From assembly GCA_038230075.1 (NCBI GenBank), contig JBBRNV010000004.1, forward strand, positions 6,047 through 70,046: a stretch of DNA of 64,000 nt, given 5' to 3'. Below the pieces are notes generated by a model that made no database searches, was not told the origin of the DNA, and was given only the letters and a program-made list of their open reading frames with translations. The translations under genes were made by a program, and so were the position numbers. Positions 19,067 to 29,146 of the stretch are shown one piece after another. Source of the DNA: Minisyncoccia bacterium (GTDB taxonomy: Bacteria > Patescibacteriota > Minisyncoccia > Phycocordibacterales > CALRBL01). How positions within the stretch are numbered: the stretch's first letter is position 1; each line of letters begins with the position of its first letter.

Positions 19067-20860
19067 ATGCAAACAAAAGACAACCACAACGACGCAGATC
19101 ATTTGTTCAAAAAACGCCATTCATTGGCACACCTTTTGGCAATTGCAGTCCAAGAATTTGATTCAAGTGCCAAATTAGCAATCGGTCCTGTTATCGATAA
19201 TGGTTTCTACTATGATTTTGAATTTAGTGAAGGGAAAAGCCCTTCATCAGATGATTTAAAAACACTTGAGAAGCGAGTGCGACACTTAATTAAACAAAGT
19301 CTTCCTTTTACCTGTGTTGAAATTTCTAACACTGAAGCACTTTCAATGTTTAAAGACCAACCATACAAAGTTGAGTTAATTAACGATCTTGCAAAAGAAG
19401 ATAAAAAACTGACAACTTATAAAACGACCTACGAAGGAAAAGAATTTATCGATTTATGTGCTGGTCCTCACGTAGAAAATACCAAAGAGATTGATCCTGA
19501 TTCTTTTACCATTTCGCACCTTGCTGGTGCGTATTGGAAAGGAGATGAAAAAAATAAAATGCTTACTCGAATTTATGGCTTAGCATTTAATTCAAAAGCA
19601 GATTTAGATGAATATATAGCAAAACAAGAAGAAGCTAAAAAAAGAGATCACCGAAAGCTTGGAAAAGAGCTCGATCTTTTTGTTTTCTCTGATGTAGTTG
19701 GAAAAGGTCTTCCCTTATGGACTGAAAAGGGTGCAACAATTCGAAGAGAACTAGAGCGATTTATAACTGATGAAGAAATTAAGCGAGATTATAAACACGT
19801 ATATACTCCAGACATTGCCAAAATTGATCTTTATAAAAAGTCTGGTCATTATCCGTACTATAAGGAATCAATGTACTCACCTATTGTTATTGATGAAGAA
19901 GAATTTATGCTTCGACCAATGACATGCCCGCACCATTTTGAACTTTATCTTTCAAAACCTCGAAGTTACAAAGAGCTTCCTATGCGAATTGCTGAGATGG
20001 CAAAGTTGTATCGATATGAACAATCAGGAGAACTTTCAGGTCTTGTGCGTGTGCGAAGTTTCTGTTTAGCAGACGCACATATTATCTGTAAAGATTCTGA
20101 ACAAGCTGGTCAGGAAATTGAAAAAGCGCTCGATCTTATTGAATATGTGACAAAAGTGTTCGGTATTCATGTTGGAGTTGATTACAGTTATCGACTTTCT
20201 CTTGGAGATCGAAGTGATGAAAGTAAATATTTCAAAGACGATGCATCGTGGGATACTGCCGAAGAAGAACTTCGAAGTGTCCTCAAAAAACGAAAGGCTC
20301 CATTTACCGAAGCAGCTGGTGAAGCAGCGTTTTATGGTCCAAAAATTGATATTCAAATGAAAGATGTTAATGGAAAAGAAAACACTGCCTTTACTGTTCA
20401 GTATGACTTTGTAATGCCCGGACGATTCGACCTTGTCTACAAAGATTCAGATGGAAAAGACAAACAAGCACTTGTGGTTCATCGATCATCAATTGGAGCT
20501 ATTGAACGAATTATCGCATTCCTTATCGAAAAATATGCAGGTGCCTTTCCTACATGGCTTTCACCGAAACAAGTTGCAGTTCTTCCCATTAATGATGTTC
20601 ATTTTGAATATGCTGCAGAAATTTCAAAGGCTCTCAAAGATGCCGGAATTCGAGTACATCTTGATGAATCAAAAGAAAGTCTTGGTAAAAAAATTCGTGC
20701 TGCAAAATTAGAAAAGATTCCTTACATTCTCGTTATTGGAGATAAAGAAGTTGAAGCAAAAACTGTCACCGTCGAAGGAAGATCTGGAAATCTTGGAGCA
20801 ATGTCAGCAAGTGATTTCACCTCACACATTAAAAAAGAAATAGAAACAAAATCTATATAA
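19067..20860 (+). CDS. thrS: threonyl-tRNA synthetase (no N-terminal TGS domain)
   Basis: Editing-domain RHSLAHLL, class II motifs, C-terminal anticodon-binding domain; starts directly in N2 domain. Confidence 0.9.
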   Translation: MQTKDNHNDADHLFKKRHSLAHLLAIAVQEFDSSAKLAIGPVIDNGFYYDFEFSEGKSPSSDDLKTLEKRVRHLIKQSLPFTCVEISNTEALSMFKDQPYKVELINDLAKEDKKLTTYKTTYEGKEFIDLCAGPHVENTKEIDPDSFTISHLAGAYWKGDEKNKMLTRIYGLAFNSKADLDEYIAKQEEAKKRDHRKLGKELDLFVFSDVVGKGLPLWTEKGATIRRELERFITDEEIKRDYKHVYTPDIAKIDLYKKSGHYPYYKESMYSPIVIDEEEFMLRPMTCPHHFELYLSKPRSYKELPMRIAEMAKLYRYEQSGELSGLVRVRSFCLADAHIICKDSEQAGQEIEKALDLIEYVTKVFGIHVGVDYSYRLSLGDRSDESKYFKDDASWDTAEEELRSVLKKRKAPFTEAAGEAAFYGPKIDIQMKDVNGKENTAFTVQYDFVMPGRFDLVYKDSDGKDKQALVVHRSSIGAIERIIAFLIEKYAGAFPTWLSPKQVAVLPINDVHFEYAAEISKALKDAGIRVHLDESKESLGKKIRAAKLEKIPYILVIGDKEVEAKTVTVEGRSGNLGAMSASDFTSHIKKEIETKSI

Positions 20861-20871
20861 TTATCTGAATC

Positions 20872-21447
20872 ATGAATAAAGTTGTCTTTGATATCGAAAC
20901 ACGAAATCTGTTTCAAGACGTGGGAAGAAATGACCCAACACTTCTCGACATCTCAGTAGTTGGTGTATATGAATCGAATACAGATACTTACACCGCTTAT
21001 CTTCAAGAAGAATTCACAGAACTATGGAAAGTAATCGAGCGTGCTGACATGCTCATTGGATTTAACTCGAATCACTTCGACTTACCTCTTCTTAACAAAT
21101 ATTACGCCGGGGACTTGGCAAAAATCAAACACGTTGATCTTCTTGAAAAAATTCGAGAGTCACTCGGAAGAAGAATTGGTCTTGCAAATGTTGCAGAAGC
21201 TACCTTAAATGAAGGAAAGAGTGCAAACGGTCTCGAAGCGGTTGAATGGTGGAAAAAAGGAGAAATTGAAAAAATTAAAAAGTATTGTCTTCAAGATGTG
21301 AAGGTCACAAAGGATGTGTACGACTTTGCCTTAAAAAACGGAGGGTTGAAATATAAAGACGGCCAAGAGGTAAAAATTATCAAACTCAATACATCAGATT
21401 GGGAAGCTCCTGTCGATAGTGGAATGACCTACACACTTCCCTTTTAA
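20872..21447 (+). CDS. DEDD-family 3'-5' exonuclease (DnaQ-like fold)
   Basis: Exo I FDIET, Exo II GFNSNHFDLPLL, Exo III YCLQD motifs. Confidence 0.65.
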   Translation: MNKVVFDIETRNLFQDVGRNDPTLLDISVVGVYESNTDTYTAYLQEEFTELWKVIERADMLIGFNSNHFDLPLLNKYYAGDLAKIKHVDLLEKIRESLGRRIGLANVAEATLNEGKSANGLEAVEWWKKGEIEKIKKYCLQDVKVTKDVYDFALKNGGLKYKDGQEVKIIKLNTSDWEAPVDSGMTYTLPF

Positions 21448-21462
21448 TGCTATACTTTTTAC

Positions 21463-22161
21463 ATGAAAAGTAACACACCATTTCTTACCATTATCGCAAT
21501 TTTAGGAATCGCACTCATTGGTAGTGCGTGGTATATCAGTCGAACACACACCCCAGCCCCAGATACCACATTAGCTGACCAAAATAATTCAGGAATACAA
21601 TTTCGACCAATCACAGCTGATGATCACATTTTAGGAGACCCTAAATCAAAAGTAACACTTCTTGAATATTCTGATACAGAATGTCCTTATTGTATTCAAT
21701 TCCACAAAGTGATTGTTCAACTGATGGCTGAGTATGGAAACAACGGTAATCTTGCATGGGTCTATCGACACTCACCTATTCTTCAACGACATCCAAAAGC
21801 ACAAAGAGAAGCAGAGGCCACCGAATGTGCCACAGAACTTGGAGGAAAAGAAATGTTCTGGAAATACTTAAATACAATCATGACAAATACACCAGGAAAT
21901 AATGAATTAGATCCTGCAGTACTGCCACAATATGCTTCACAACTCGGACTCGATGTTACCGCCTTCAATACATGTCTCGACAGTCGAAAATATAAAACAA
22001 AAGTAGAAACAGATTCGCAAGATGCCGTGCGTGCTGGTTTACAAGGAACACCATACAGCTTACTGATTAGTAACAATGGAAAAGATATTGTTCCTCTTAA
22101 TGGTTCAGTTCCCTACGAACAATTGAAGCAATATCTAGATGGTGTCCTTAAGGCTAAGTAG
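21463..22161 (+). CDS. DsbA-like thiol:disulfide oxidoreductase with N-terminal membrane anchor
   Basis: N-terminal TM helix, CPYC active site, thioredoxin fold length. Confidence 0.75.
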   Translation: MKSNTPFLTIIAILGIALIGSAWYISRTHTPAPDTTLADQNNSGIQFRPITADDHILGDPKSKVTLLEYSDTECPYCIQFHKVIVQLMAEYGNNGNLAWVYRHSPILQRHPKAQREAEATECATELGGKEMFWKYLNTIMTNTPGNNELDPAVLPQYASQLGLDVTAFNTCLDSRKYKTKVETDSQDAVRAGLQGTPYSLLISNNGKDIVPLNGSVPYEQLKQYLDGVLKAK

Positions 22162-25100
22162 CCACTTGCACGAATTACAGTCTTTTTTCTGACACATCTT
22201 TGTTAAAAACTCTCCTGAGATAATTTCTTCAGAAACTCGTATAATGTCTTGCTCAAGAAGATCTCTTTCATTGTCGGTTATTTCAAACCGTTCAGTCTTA
22301 TATCTTTTCTGATCATCTGGTTCAATAAATGAGAGCTCACCGAACTTCATTTTAAATTCTTGTTGTTTATCAAGTAGTAGATCATAGAAAACAAGCTGCC
22401 GTTTGTATGCACCGTCGCTATTTTTTGTATTTCCTTCAATTTCGTTTCGAGTCATTGGCTGTTTTGTTTTGTAATCTACCACCACAACATTCTTACTTCC
22501 CACTTCGAGTGGCATTACCAAATCGAGCTTTCCTTTAAGTGGAATATTCAAATTTTGTTTAGGTAGATGAACTGAAACTCCTGATACATTCATTTCAGAA
22601 ATATAGAGTTGCAAAAGTCCATTCTTTTTTGCTTCTTTCCATGCTGATTCATTCGTTTTGAAGAAACCACTGAGTGATTGTTCTCCTCTTACTCGAAGTT
22701 CAGCAATGTCATGTTGAGTCAGGGGTAATTTTTCGAGAGCATCGTAATACATTCGAATCAAGACATCTTCATGTATTTCTTCGTTTTGCTTAATCGAGCG
22801 AAAGAAAAGATCGAGAGTGTTGTGAACTGCTGTTCCGTACATCTGATTTCTATTTTGAAGTGATGGAATTCGGATAAGGTTTTGCCAAAAATAATCAGAG
22901 GGGCATCGTAAGTAATTATTTAATGCAGTAACTGAGAGTCCTTGTTTAATAAACAACTCTCGAATATAGTCGAGATCGAGAATTTTCTTATTTGAAGCTT
23001 TTGGAAGCTTGTTTTCAGGATATTCCACAAGACTGGTTTCAAATGCTTCTGTATTAATTTGACTAAGATGATCTGATGATATTTCATGCAAAAACTGGGA
23101 TGGAAGTAGTAGTCGTCCTTCATTGTTACTTCCTCCATACAAAATCCACACTTCTTTTCGTGCACGAGTAAGTGCAACATAAAGTAGTCGTCTCTCATCA
23201 TCAATCTTTTCGAATTCTGTTTCAATATCTTCAAACAGTGGAATATGAAAAAATGAACGACTCGCTTTATTACTCCATCGTCCTTCAATAACACCTGAAA
23301 TAAAAACATATTCAAATTCCATTCCTTTTGATCTATGTGCAGTTAACAAAGATACTTTTCCTTCTGTCATAGTTCCATTCTTTTTTATCCGAATATTGTG
23401 CCGCTGCATAAAATCAAGATGTGTTACGAAGTCAGAAAGTCGCGCTTCATGATTTCTTGATTGAAACTTTTTTATTTGATCAAAAAATAATGAAATCAAT
23501 TCAATGTCTTCGAGGCCTGATTTTGATTGTGTAATTCTTTTTGGAAGATCGGTTACACTAAGAAATTCTCCAAACCACTCAGTAACATTCATTTCTCGAG
23601 AAAGCGAAGTTAATTTTTCAATCTGTTTATATACATCTGGTAATGTACTTTGTATATGCTCTATAAGTGGGGCTCGTCTTGTTTCAAGTTGAGTGAGCAT
23701 TTTTAAAATATCCATTGTAGGCATGTCGTTTACGCGAGACAAAAGTGCTTTTGAAAGGATTGTATTATCGTACGGATTCACGAGCGCCCTTAGGTACGAA
23801 ATAATATCTTGAATTAAAATGTTCTTAAGAACGTTATCTTCTGATTGAATGGCGTATGGAATATCGAGAGATTCCAAAGCTGCAGCTATATATAATGCTT
23901 CATTGTTTTCTCTGTAAATAACAGCAATCTCTTCAGGCTTTGTTCCACCGTCGAGCTTTTCTCTAATAGTTTTTGCAAGAAAAAATCTTTCGTGTGACTC
24001 ACTAGAAAAACCTGCAACTTTTACTTGCACATCATTACTAGCATGAACAGACTCGGCTTGTAGCTTCGCCCGCAAATGAGCATGAATTGCATCACTCTTT
24101 TCTGGTAGAATATTTCTGTCAATTAAAGATGTTGCAGCGTCTAAAATAGTTTGGGTTGAACGATAGTTATCAGTAAGTGCAATAATTTTTGCATTCGGAT
24201 AAAGTCTCGTAAAATATAAAAAGTTTTCAAGCGACGCGCCTTGAAATCTATAAATTGCCTGTTTTTCATCACCCACAATAAAAAGATTCGGTTCATCATG
24301 AAAGTTGGCCAGAAGTTCTAAGATAGTATTTTGCGCTTTGTTAGCATCTTGGTGCTCATCTGCAAGAATATATTGATATGTCTCTTGAAGGTCAAGAAGT
24401 AGATTGTCATGTTCTTGAAGTGCTTTAATGAAATCAAGAAGCATATCGTCGAAGTCATATAACTTTCGAAAAGACAATCCTTCTTCATAGGCTTTATATG
24501 CAGTGAGCAACTCGCGTTGTTTTTGTATTTCTTTTTCTAGATCCCTATATTCTTTTTTTACTTTTCCTTTATATGCTCCTTTTTCATGAATTAAGTCGGG
24601 TGCAGTGCGAAGCCTCTCTTCTTGTTTTTGAATAATTTTTTCAAGTTCAACTGGAATGACTTTTTCTCTTTTCATTTCAGAAATAGAACTAAGCACCGTT
24701 CGAACATGTTTTAACTGATCTCCAAAAGGACGAAGAAGTGTGTACTGACCATGAACAATCACTTCTTCCATTATCGAAATTTGATCTTCTTCAGTCGCAG
24801 GTTCTGAACTAACAATACGAGGAAAGTATTCTCCATGTCTTTTAATGTTGTCAGTAGCGAAGCTGTGGAAAGTATAGACATTTACCTTATAGGCAGTAGG
24901 GCCGATAATATCGGTTAACTTTTTTCTCATTGAAATTACCCCCGATTCAGTGAATGTAAGAGCCAAGATGTTCTCAGGGGCTGTATCAGTCTTTTTTAAG
25001 ATATTTGCAATACGAAGAGCAAGAATGGTGGTTTTGCCAGTTCCAGGCCCCGCAATGACCATTACAGGCCCTTCAACAGTATCTACTGCCGCTTTCTGCA

Positions 25101-25173
25101 TAGTGTTGAGTTTGTTATAAAGGGTGAGAAAAGTTGATTCTTCTACTGCTCCATTGAGAGGCTTTTGAGACAT
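22135..25173 (-). CDS. UvrD/PcrA-family SF1 helicase with C-terminal RecB/Cas4-like Fe-S nuclease domain (AddA-like single-chain helicase-nuclease)
   Basis: Walker A AGPGTGKTT, UvrD motifs; C-terminal GKLDLVMPL...VVVVDYKTK nuclease motifs plus Cys cluster (C...CxxxxCxxC). Confidence 0.8.
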   Translation of the reverse strand: MSQKPLNGAVEESTFLTLYNKLNTMQKAAVDTVEGPVMVIAGPGTGKTTILALRIANILKKTDTAPENILALTFTESGVISMRKKLTDIIGPTAYKVNVYTFHSFATDNIKRHGEYFPRIVSSEPATEEDQISIMEEVIVHGQYTLLRPFGDQLKHVRTVLSSISEMKREKVIPVELEKIIQKQEERLRTAPDLIHEKGAYKGKVKKEYRDLEKEIQKQRELLTAYKAYEEGLSFRKLYDFDDMLLDFIKALQEHDNLLLDLQETYQYILADEHQDANKAQNTILELLANFHDEPNLFIVGDEKQAIYRFQGASLENFLYFTRLYPNAKIIALTDNYRSTQTILDAATSLIDRNILPEKSDAIHAHLRAKLQAESVHASNDVQVKVAGFSSESHERFFLAKTIREKLDGGTKPEEIAVIYRENNEALYIAAALESLDIPYAIQSEDNVLKNILIQDIISYLRALVNPYDNTILSKALLSRVNDMPTMDILKMLTQLETRRAPLIEHIQSTLPDVYKQIEKLTSLSREMNVTEWFGEFLSVTDLPKRITQSKSGLEDIELISLFFDQIKKFQSRNHEARLSDFVTHLDFMQRHNIRIKKNGTMTEGKVSLLTAHRSKGMEFEYVFISGVIEGRWSNKASRSFFHIPLFEDIETEFEKIDDERRLLYVALTRARKEVWILYGGSNNEGRLLLPSQFLHEISSDHLSQINTEAFETSLVEYPENKLPKASNKKILDLDYIRELFIKQGLSVTALNNYLRCPSDYFWQNLIRIPSLQNRNQMYGTAVHNTLDLFFRSIKQNEEIHEDVLIRMYYDALEKLPLTQHDIAELRVRGEQSLSGFFKTNESAWKEAKKNGLLQLYISEMNVSGVSVHLPKQNLNIPLKGKLDLVMPLEVGSKNVVVVDYKTKQPMTRNEIEGNTKNSDGAYKRQLVFYDLLLDKQQEFKMKFGELSFIEPDDQKRYKTERFEITDNERDLLEQDIIRVSEEIISGEFLTKMCQKKDCNSCKWLLSLKDTI

Positions 25174-25202
25174 GTATCAAGTATACATGGGGGTTCTATT
25201 TG

Positions 25203-25231
25203 TCGACAAACCTAATACTACATGATATGGT
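25203..25231 (+). promoter_or_regulatory. candidate promoter TCGACA-N17-TGaTATGGT, same architecture and 10-mer as 12010-12037
   Basis: read directly; shared ATGATATGGT. Confidence 0.5.
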
Positions 25232-25267
25232 TTTTGAAACTCCAACCCCCTCACCCAGCAATCCCTT

Positions 25268-25900
25268 ATGTTCATTGCAACACTGAGTACAGCTCAAACA
25301 GTTGTGTTACTCGTTCTTACTGCCGCACCAACTTGTGTGATCTGCACTTGCCTCAAATCGTGGCTAGAGATACGAAAAACAACACCTCGATATCGCTTGA
25401 ACGTGTTTTGGAAAAACGATATAAACTTTCAACAAGGAAAATCGCCCTTTGATTCACTTCTTCACATTGCTGGACGTGTGATCAACAAAGTCAGCGATAA
25501 CTCAACTCGAGACCTTGAATTTATTCTCGCAAAGACTTCTCGACTAGAGCTCTCTGTCGAGGAATGTTTTGGACAAGCGATGTCCTCACTACTTCTCGTG
25601 CGAGTGGCTGAATTCCAAATCAAGGCAGAAGCACATGTTCGAAGTACTGCCGAAAAAAGATTTGACTTTCACGATCTGGCAGTTTCATCTGGAAGAATCG
25701 TACTACTTCTTGAACACTACATTCCACTGTGTCCAGAGTATGTTACATATCTACTATCTCTTGCGCCCGAAGGTGTGAGCGATGCAGACAAGTCGTTTGC
25801 TTCAACAATGGAGCTTTCACTTTTCAGAATCTGCGGCGGTAAACTAATACGTCCAGGTACTAGAAGTGAAGTCTTCCAACACGAATGCAGGAATCGTTAA
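25268..25900 (+). CDS. hypothetical protein (210 aa) with N-terminal hydrophobic/Cys-containing segment; no recognisable domain; could alternatively be non-coding
   Basis: 633-nt open frame with host-like codon usage (cga, gaa, aaa) in slightly GC-elevated region; no SD. Confidence 0.4.
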   Translation: MFIATLSTAQTVVLLVLTAAPTCVICTCLKSWLEIRKTTPRYRLNVFWKNDINFQQGKSPFDSLLHIAGRVINKVSDNSTRDLEFILAKTSRLELSVEECFGQAMSSLLLVRVAEFQIKAEAHVRSTAEKRFDFHDLAVSSGRIVLLLEHYIPLCPEYVTYLLSLAPEGVSDADKSFASTMELSLFRICGGKLIRPGTRSEVFQHECRNR

Positions 25901-25914
25901 TCAACCAAAAGAAA

Positions 25915-25953
25915 GCGCGCCCGGCAGAATCTGCCCTGGCGCGCGTCCTTTTT
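25915..25953. terminator. strong bidirectional rho-independent terminator (serves rpoD on minus and the 25268-25900 unit on plus)
   Basis: GCGCGCC-CGGCAGAATCTGCC-CTGGCGCGC long GC stem flanked by A/T runs on both sides. Confidence 0.75.
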
Positions 25954-25970
25954 ATATAACAAAGATTCGA

Positions 25971-27266
25971 TTAATAGTTTCTTAGTCGATTGATTTTATC
26001 GTGCTGTCGAATCTTTTCATGAGCCTTTGCTTCAATTTGTCGAATTCGTTCTCGGGTTACATTAAACTGTTTTCCCACTTCTTCAAGTGTGTGCTGAATA
26101 CCGTCGAGAAGCCCATGTCGAAGTTCGAGAATTCGTCTTTCTTTTTCAGACAGATCTCCAAGAATTTCTTTCACTTGATCTGACAAAATTCGTCGAGATG
26201 ATTCTTGGTCGGGTGATAGAATCTTTTCATCAGAAATAAAATCTCCGTATGTCGAGTTTTTATCATCTCCGTCGTCTCCAACTGGTGTGTCGAGTGAAAG
26301 TGTACTCTGATCAATTTTTTCAATGTGATACACCTTATCAACATCGATTCCCATTTCAACAGCAATTTCATCAGGAAGTGGATCTCGTCCTAAGTCTTGT
26401 GACAGTCGTCGAACAACTTGTTTATATTTAGCAATTGTTTCTACCATGTGCACAGGCACTCGAATGGTTCGTGATTGATCAGCAAGCGCTCGAGTGATTG
26501 ATTGTCGAATCCACCATGTGGCGTATGTTGAAAACTTATATCCTTTAGTCCAATCAAACTTATCAACAGCTTTGAAGAGTCCAAGATTTCCTTCTTGAAT
26601 CAAATCGAGAAGGGTAAGGTCGGGGCTTCGTCCTACATACTTTTTTGCAATGGATACCACCAATCGAAGGTTAGCACGAGCCAAAAGGTTTTTAGCCTCG
26701 TTGTCACCTGCTTCAATTCGCTTAGCTAAATCTTTTTCTTCTTGAGCATGAATCAATGGATACTGTCCGATTTCTTTCAAATACATTTGAATAGAGTCGT
26801 AGCTTGAATCATGACGATTGTAGACATACTTTTTCAAAATTTCGTCGTCTGACTCTTTCATTTCAAGTAAACCTCCTCCTTCAAGTACATCAATACCAGC
26901 CGATGTAAACTTTTCGTAAAGGTGATCGAGAAACATCACATCTTCTTCAATAGTTGGAAACTCTTTCAAGATATCATCGTAGGTAACAAATCCTCTTTCT
27001 TTTCCCCGAGCTAAAAGTTTAGCCGCTCGAACCTCTGCATCTTTTTGTTTTTTTGATAGGACAACAATAACGTCCTTTTTATTTTTTGAAGCTGGTACTG
27101 ATTTTGTCTTTTTTTCTTTATGTAAAGTTTTTTTAGACGCTTTGACCGTAGTCTTAGCTGCGTTTTTAGCAGGAGTTTTTGCCGCTTTGTGGGCGGGTTT
27201 TGTTACACCTTTCGATGTTTTACTATTATTTTTTACTGGCTTAGATTTTTTTGGTGTTTTTTTCAT
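25971..27266 (-). CDS. rpoD: RNA polymerase sigma factor RpoD (sigma-70) with Lys-rich N-terminal region
   Basis: regions 2-4 ([31 protein letters not shown], helix-turn-helix region 4). Confidence 0.95.
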   Translation of the reverse strand: MKKTPKKSKPVKNNSKTSKGVTKPAHKAAKTPAKNAAKTTVKASKKTLHKEKKTKSVPASKNKKDVIVVLSKKQKDAEVRAAKLLARGKERGFVTYDDILKEFPTIEEDVMFLDHLYEKFTSAGIDVLEGGGLLEMKESDDEILKKYVYNRHDSSYDSIQMYLKEIGQYPLIHAQEEKDLAKRIEAGDNEAKNLLARANLRLVVSIAKKYVGRSPDLTLLDLIQEGNLGLFKAVDKFDWTKGYKFSTYATWWIRQSITRALADQSRTIRVPVHMVETIAKYKQVVRRLSQDLGRDPLPDEIAVEMGIDVDKVYHIEKIDQSTLSLDTPVGDDGDDKNSTYGDFISDEKILSPDQESSRRILSDQVKEILGDLSEKERRILELRHGLLDGIQHTLEEVGKQFNVTRERIRQIEAKAHEKIRQHDKINRLRNY

Positions 27267-27294
27267 ATGCGTTGATTTAATAATGCTCGATTAT

Positions 27295-29112
27295 TTACTC
27301 TCCATTCGACTTTGGTAGAGGAGGCTTATCGACGTATCCCTTCATTTCTTTATGATACATCGAGCGAAGCTCTGCTAACTGACTCGTAATGTGACTGCAG
27401 AGCTTTAACTTAATTTCGACAGTTTCTAAATCACCTTGCCGTTCTGCTTTTTGGAGTTCCGCCATCACTATTTCGAATTGCTCCTCAAGATCACCTTCGG
27501 CAACTGCGAACAAAAGTTCCTTAATATCGATATCTTCGATAATGCCAGTAGTGTAATACTGGTCGATTTCAAAGAGAATGATATCACGTTCTTCACTATG
27601 TTTCTCTTCGAAACTCTCGAATCGACTCTGAAACAATGTCTTTAATCTATCTTTTATCTTAGCTGCCTTTTCTTTAAATAATTCTTCAACTTTCGCTTCA
27701 AGGTTGTAAATGATGCCGAACAGTCGTCGAAGTGCTTGTTCTGACTTCACTTTCATAGATGCAACTGATGTTCTGACGGGCGATGTTGATGAATGTGACA
27801 TGTTGCCAGTTTGCATTTGTTCAATCTCAATTGCTTTAACCTGCTTCAACTCTTCCCACAACGCATCTTCTCTCACTCCAGTTTTAAGAGCGATCTCTCC
27901 TATAAAACGTGATTGATCTAAACTACTTGGAATTATTTTTACATAAGGAAGAATCTTTTCACGAAGAGCTCGAGTTACTTCCCGAGGATTATCTCGAATC
28001 TTTTCATCTTGAAGAAGTACATCAAGAACAAAAGTAATAACATGTTTTGAATTTCGAAGAGCGTTTTTGAAAAGTTCAACATCTTCTAAAATAAGATCTG
28101 CTGGATCTTTTCCTTGAGGAAGAAGTGTGATTTTAACTTCCATGCCAGCACCGAGTGCGAGTGTCCATGCGCGAATTGAAGCATTTACCCCAGCCTTATC
28201 TCCATCGTATACAAGAAGTAAGTTTGGCGACAAACGTTTTAATGTAGACAGTTGGAATGGAGTAAGTGCGGTTCCTGATGTTGCAATGGCATGATTAAAC
28301 CCTGCCTGATGACACATAATGAGATCCATTTGTCCTTCAACTAATATTGCATATCCTTTTTCTCGAATTGCTTGTTTTGCAATATGAAATCCATAAAGAA
28401 CTTCAGACTTATTAAACAATTCGGTATCAGGACTATTCAAATATTTTGCATCTGAAGTGTTTGAGTTGGTAACTCGACCTGTGAAAGCAATGACTCGTTC
28501 TGAAGGATCAAGTATGGGAAACATAATTCGATCTCGAAAGCGATCATACATTCCCTTATCCCCTTGTTTAATAAGACCTGCTTTTTCTAACTCTTCTTGT
28601 CTCCATCCTTTTTTAATCAACTCATCACGAAGTGAGTTCCACGCATCGAGTGCTAATCCCAATTTCCACGAAGCAACTGTTTCTTTGGTAAGACCACGAT
28701 CTTCTAAATAGGCACGAGCTTTTTCTGCATTAACCGAATCAGACTGCAAATTCTTTTGATAGAACTGTGTTGCTTCCTGTATTGCATCAAATAATCGCAC
28801 TCGAGCATCTCTCTCGCCTCGTGGTTCTTGTGTTAACGAAACACCTGCACGGTCTGCCAACATTTTAAGCGCACCTTGAAAATCAACTTTGTCGAATTCT
28901 TGTACAAAGGTAAAGATGTCTCCTTTAGCGCCACAACCAAAACAGTAGTAGCTTCCTCGTTGTGGAGAGACAAAGAATGAAGGAGATTTTTCTCGATGAA
29001 AGGGGCATTTTCCTTTCATACTTTGGCCAGCCGGAACAAGCGTGATGTAGCTTGAGACTACTTCCACAATTCCCAATCTATCTTTAATTTTTTCGACATT
29101 TGATGATGACAC
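27295..29112 (-). CDS. dnaG: DNA primase
   Basis: CHC2 zinc finger (CPFHREKSPSF...CFGCG), TOPRIM domain. Confidence 0.9.
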   Translation of the reverse strand: MSSSNVEKIKDRLGIVEVVSSYITLVPAGQSMKGKCPFHREKSPSFFVSPQRGSYYCFGCGAKGDIFTFVQEFDKVDFQGALKMLADRAGVSLTQEPRGERDARVRLFDAIQEATQFYQKNLQSDSVNAEKARAYLEDRGLTKETVASWKLGLALDAWNSLRDELIKKGWRQEELEKAGLIKQGDKGMYDRFRDRIMFPILDPSERVIAFTGRVTNSNTSDAKYLNSPDTELFNKSEVLYGFHIAKQAIREKGYAILVEGQMDLIMCHQAGFNHAIATSGTALTPFQLSTLKRLSPNLLLVYDGDKAGVNASIRAWTLALGAGMEVKITLLPQGKDPADLILEDVELFKNALRNSKHVITFVLDVLLQDEKIRDNPREVTRALREKILPYVKIIPSSLDQSRFIGEIALKTGVREDALWEELKQVKAIEIEQMQTGNMSHSSTSPVRTSVASMKVKSEQALRRLFGIIYNLEAKVEELFKEKAAKIKDRLKTLFQSRFESFEEKHSEERDIILFEIDQYYTTGIIEDIDIKELLFAVAEGDLEEQFEIVMAELQKAERQGDLETVEIKLKLCSHITSQLAELRSMYHKEMKGYVDKPPLPKSNGE

Positions 29113-29146
29113 GCCGAAATGTTAGTAGATAATAATCAATCGCTTA

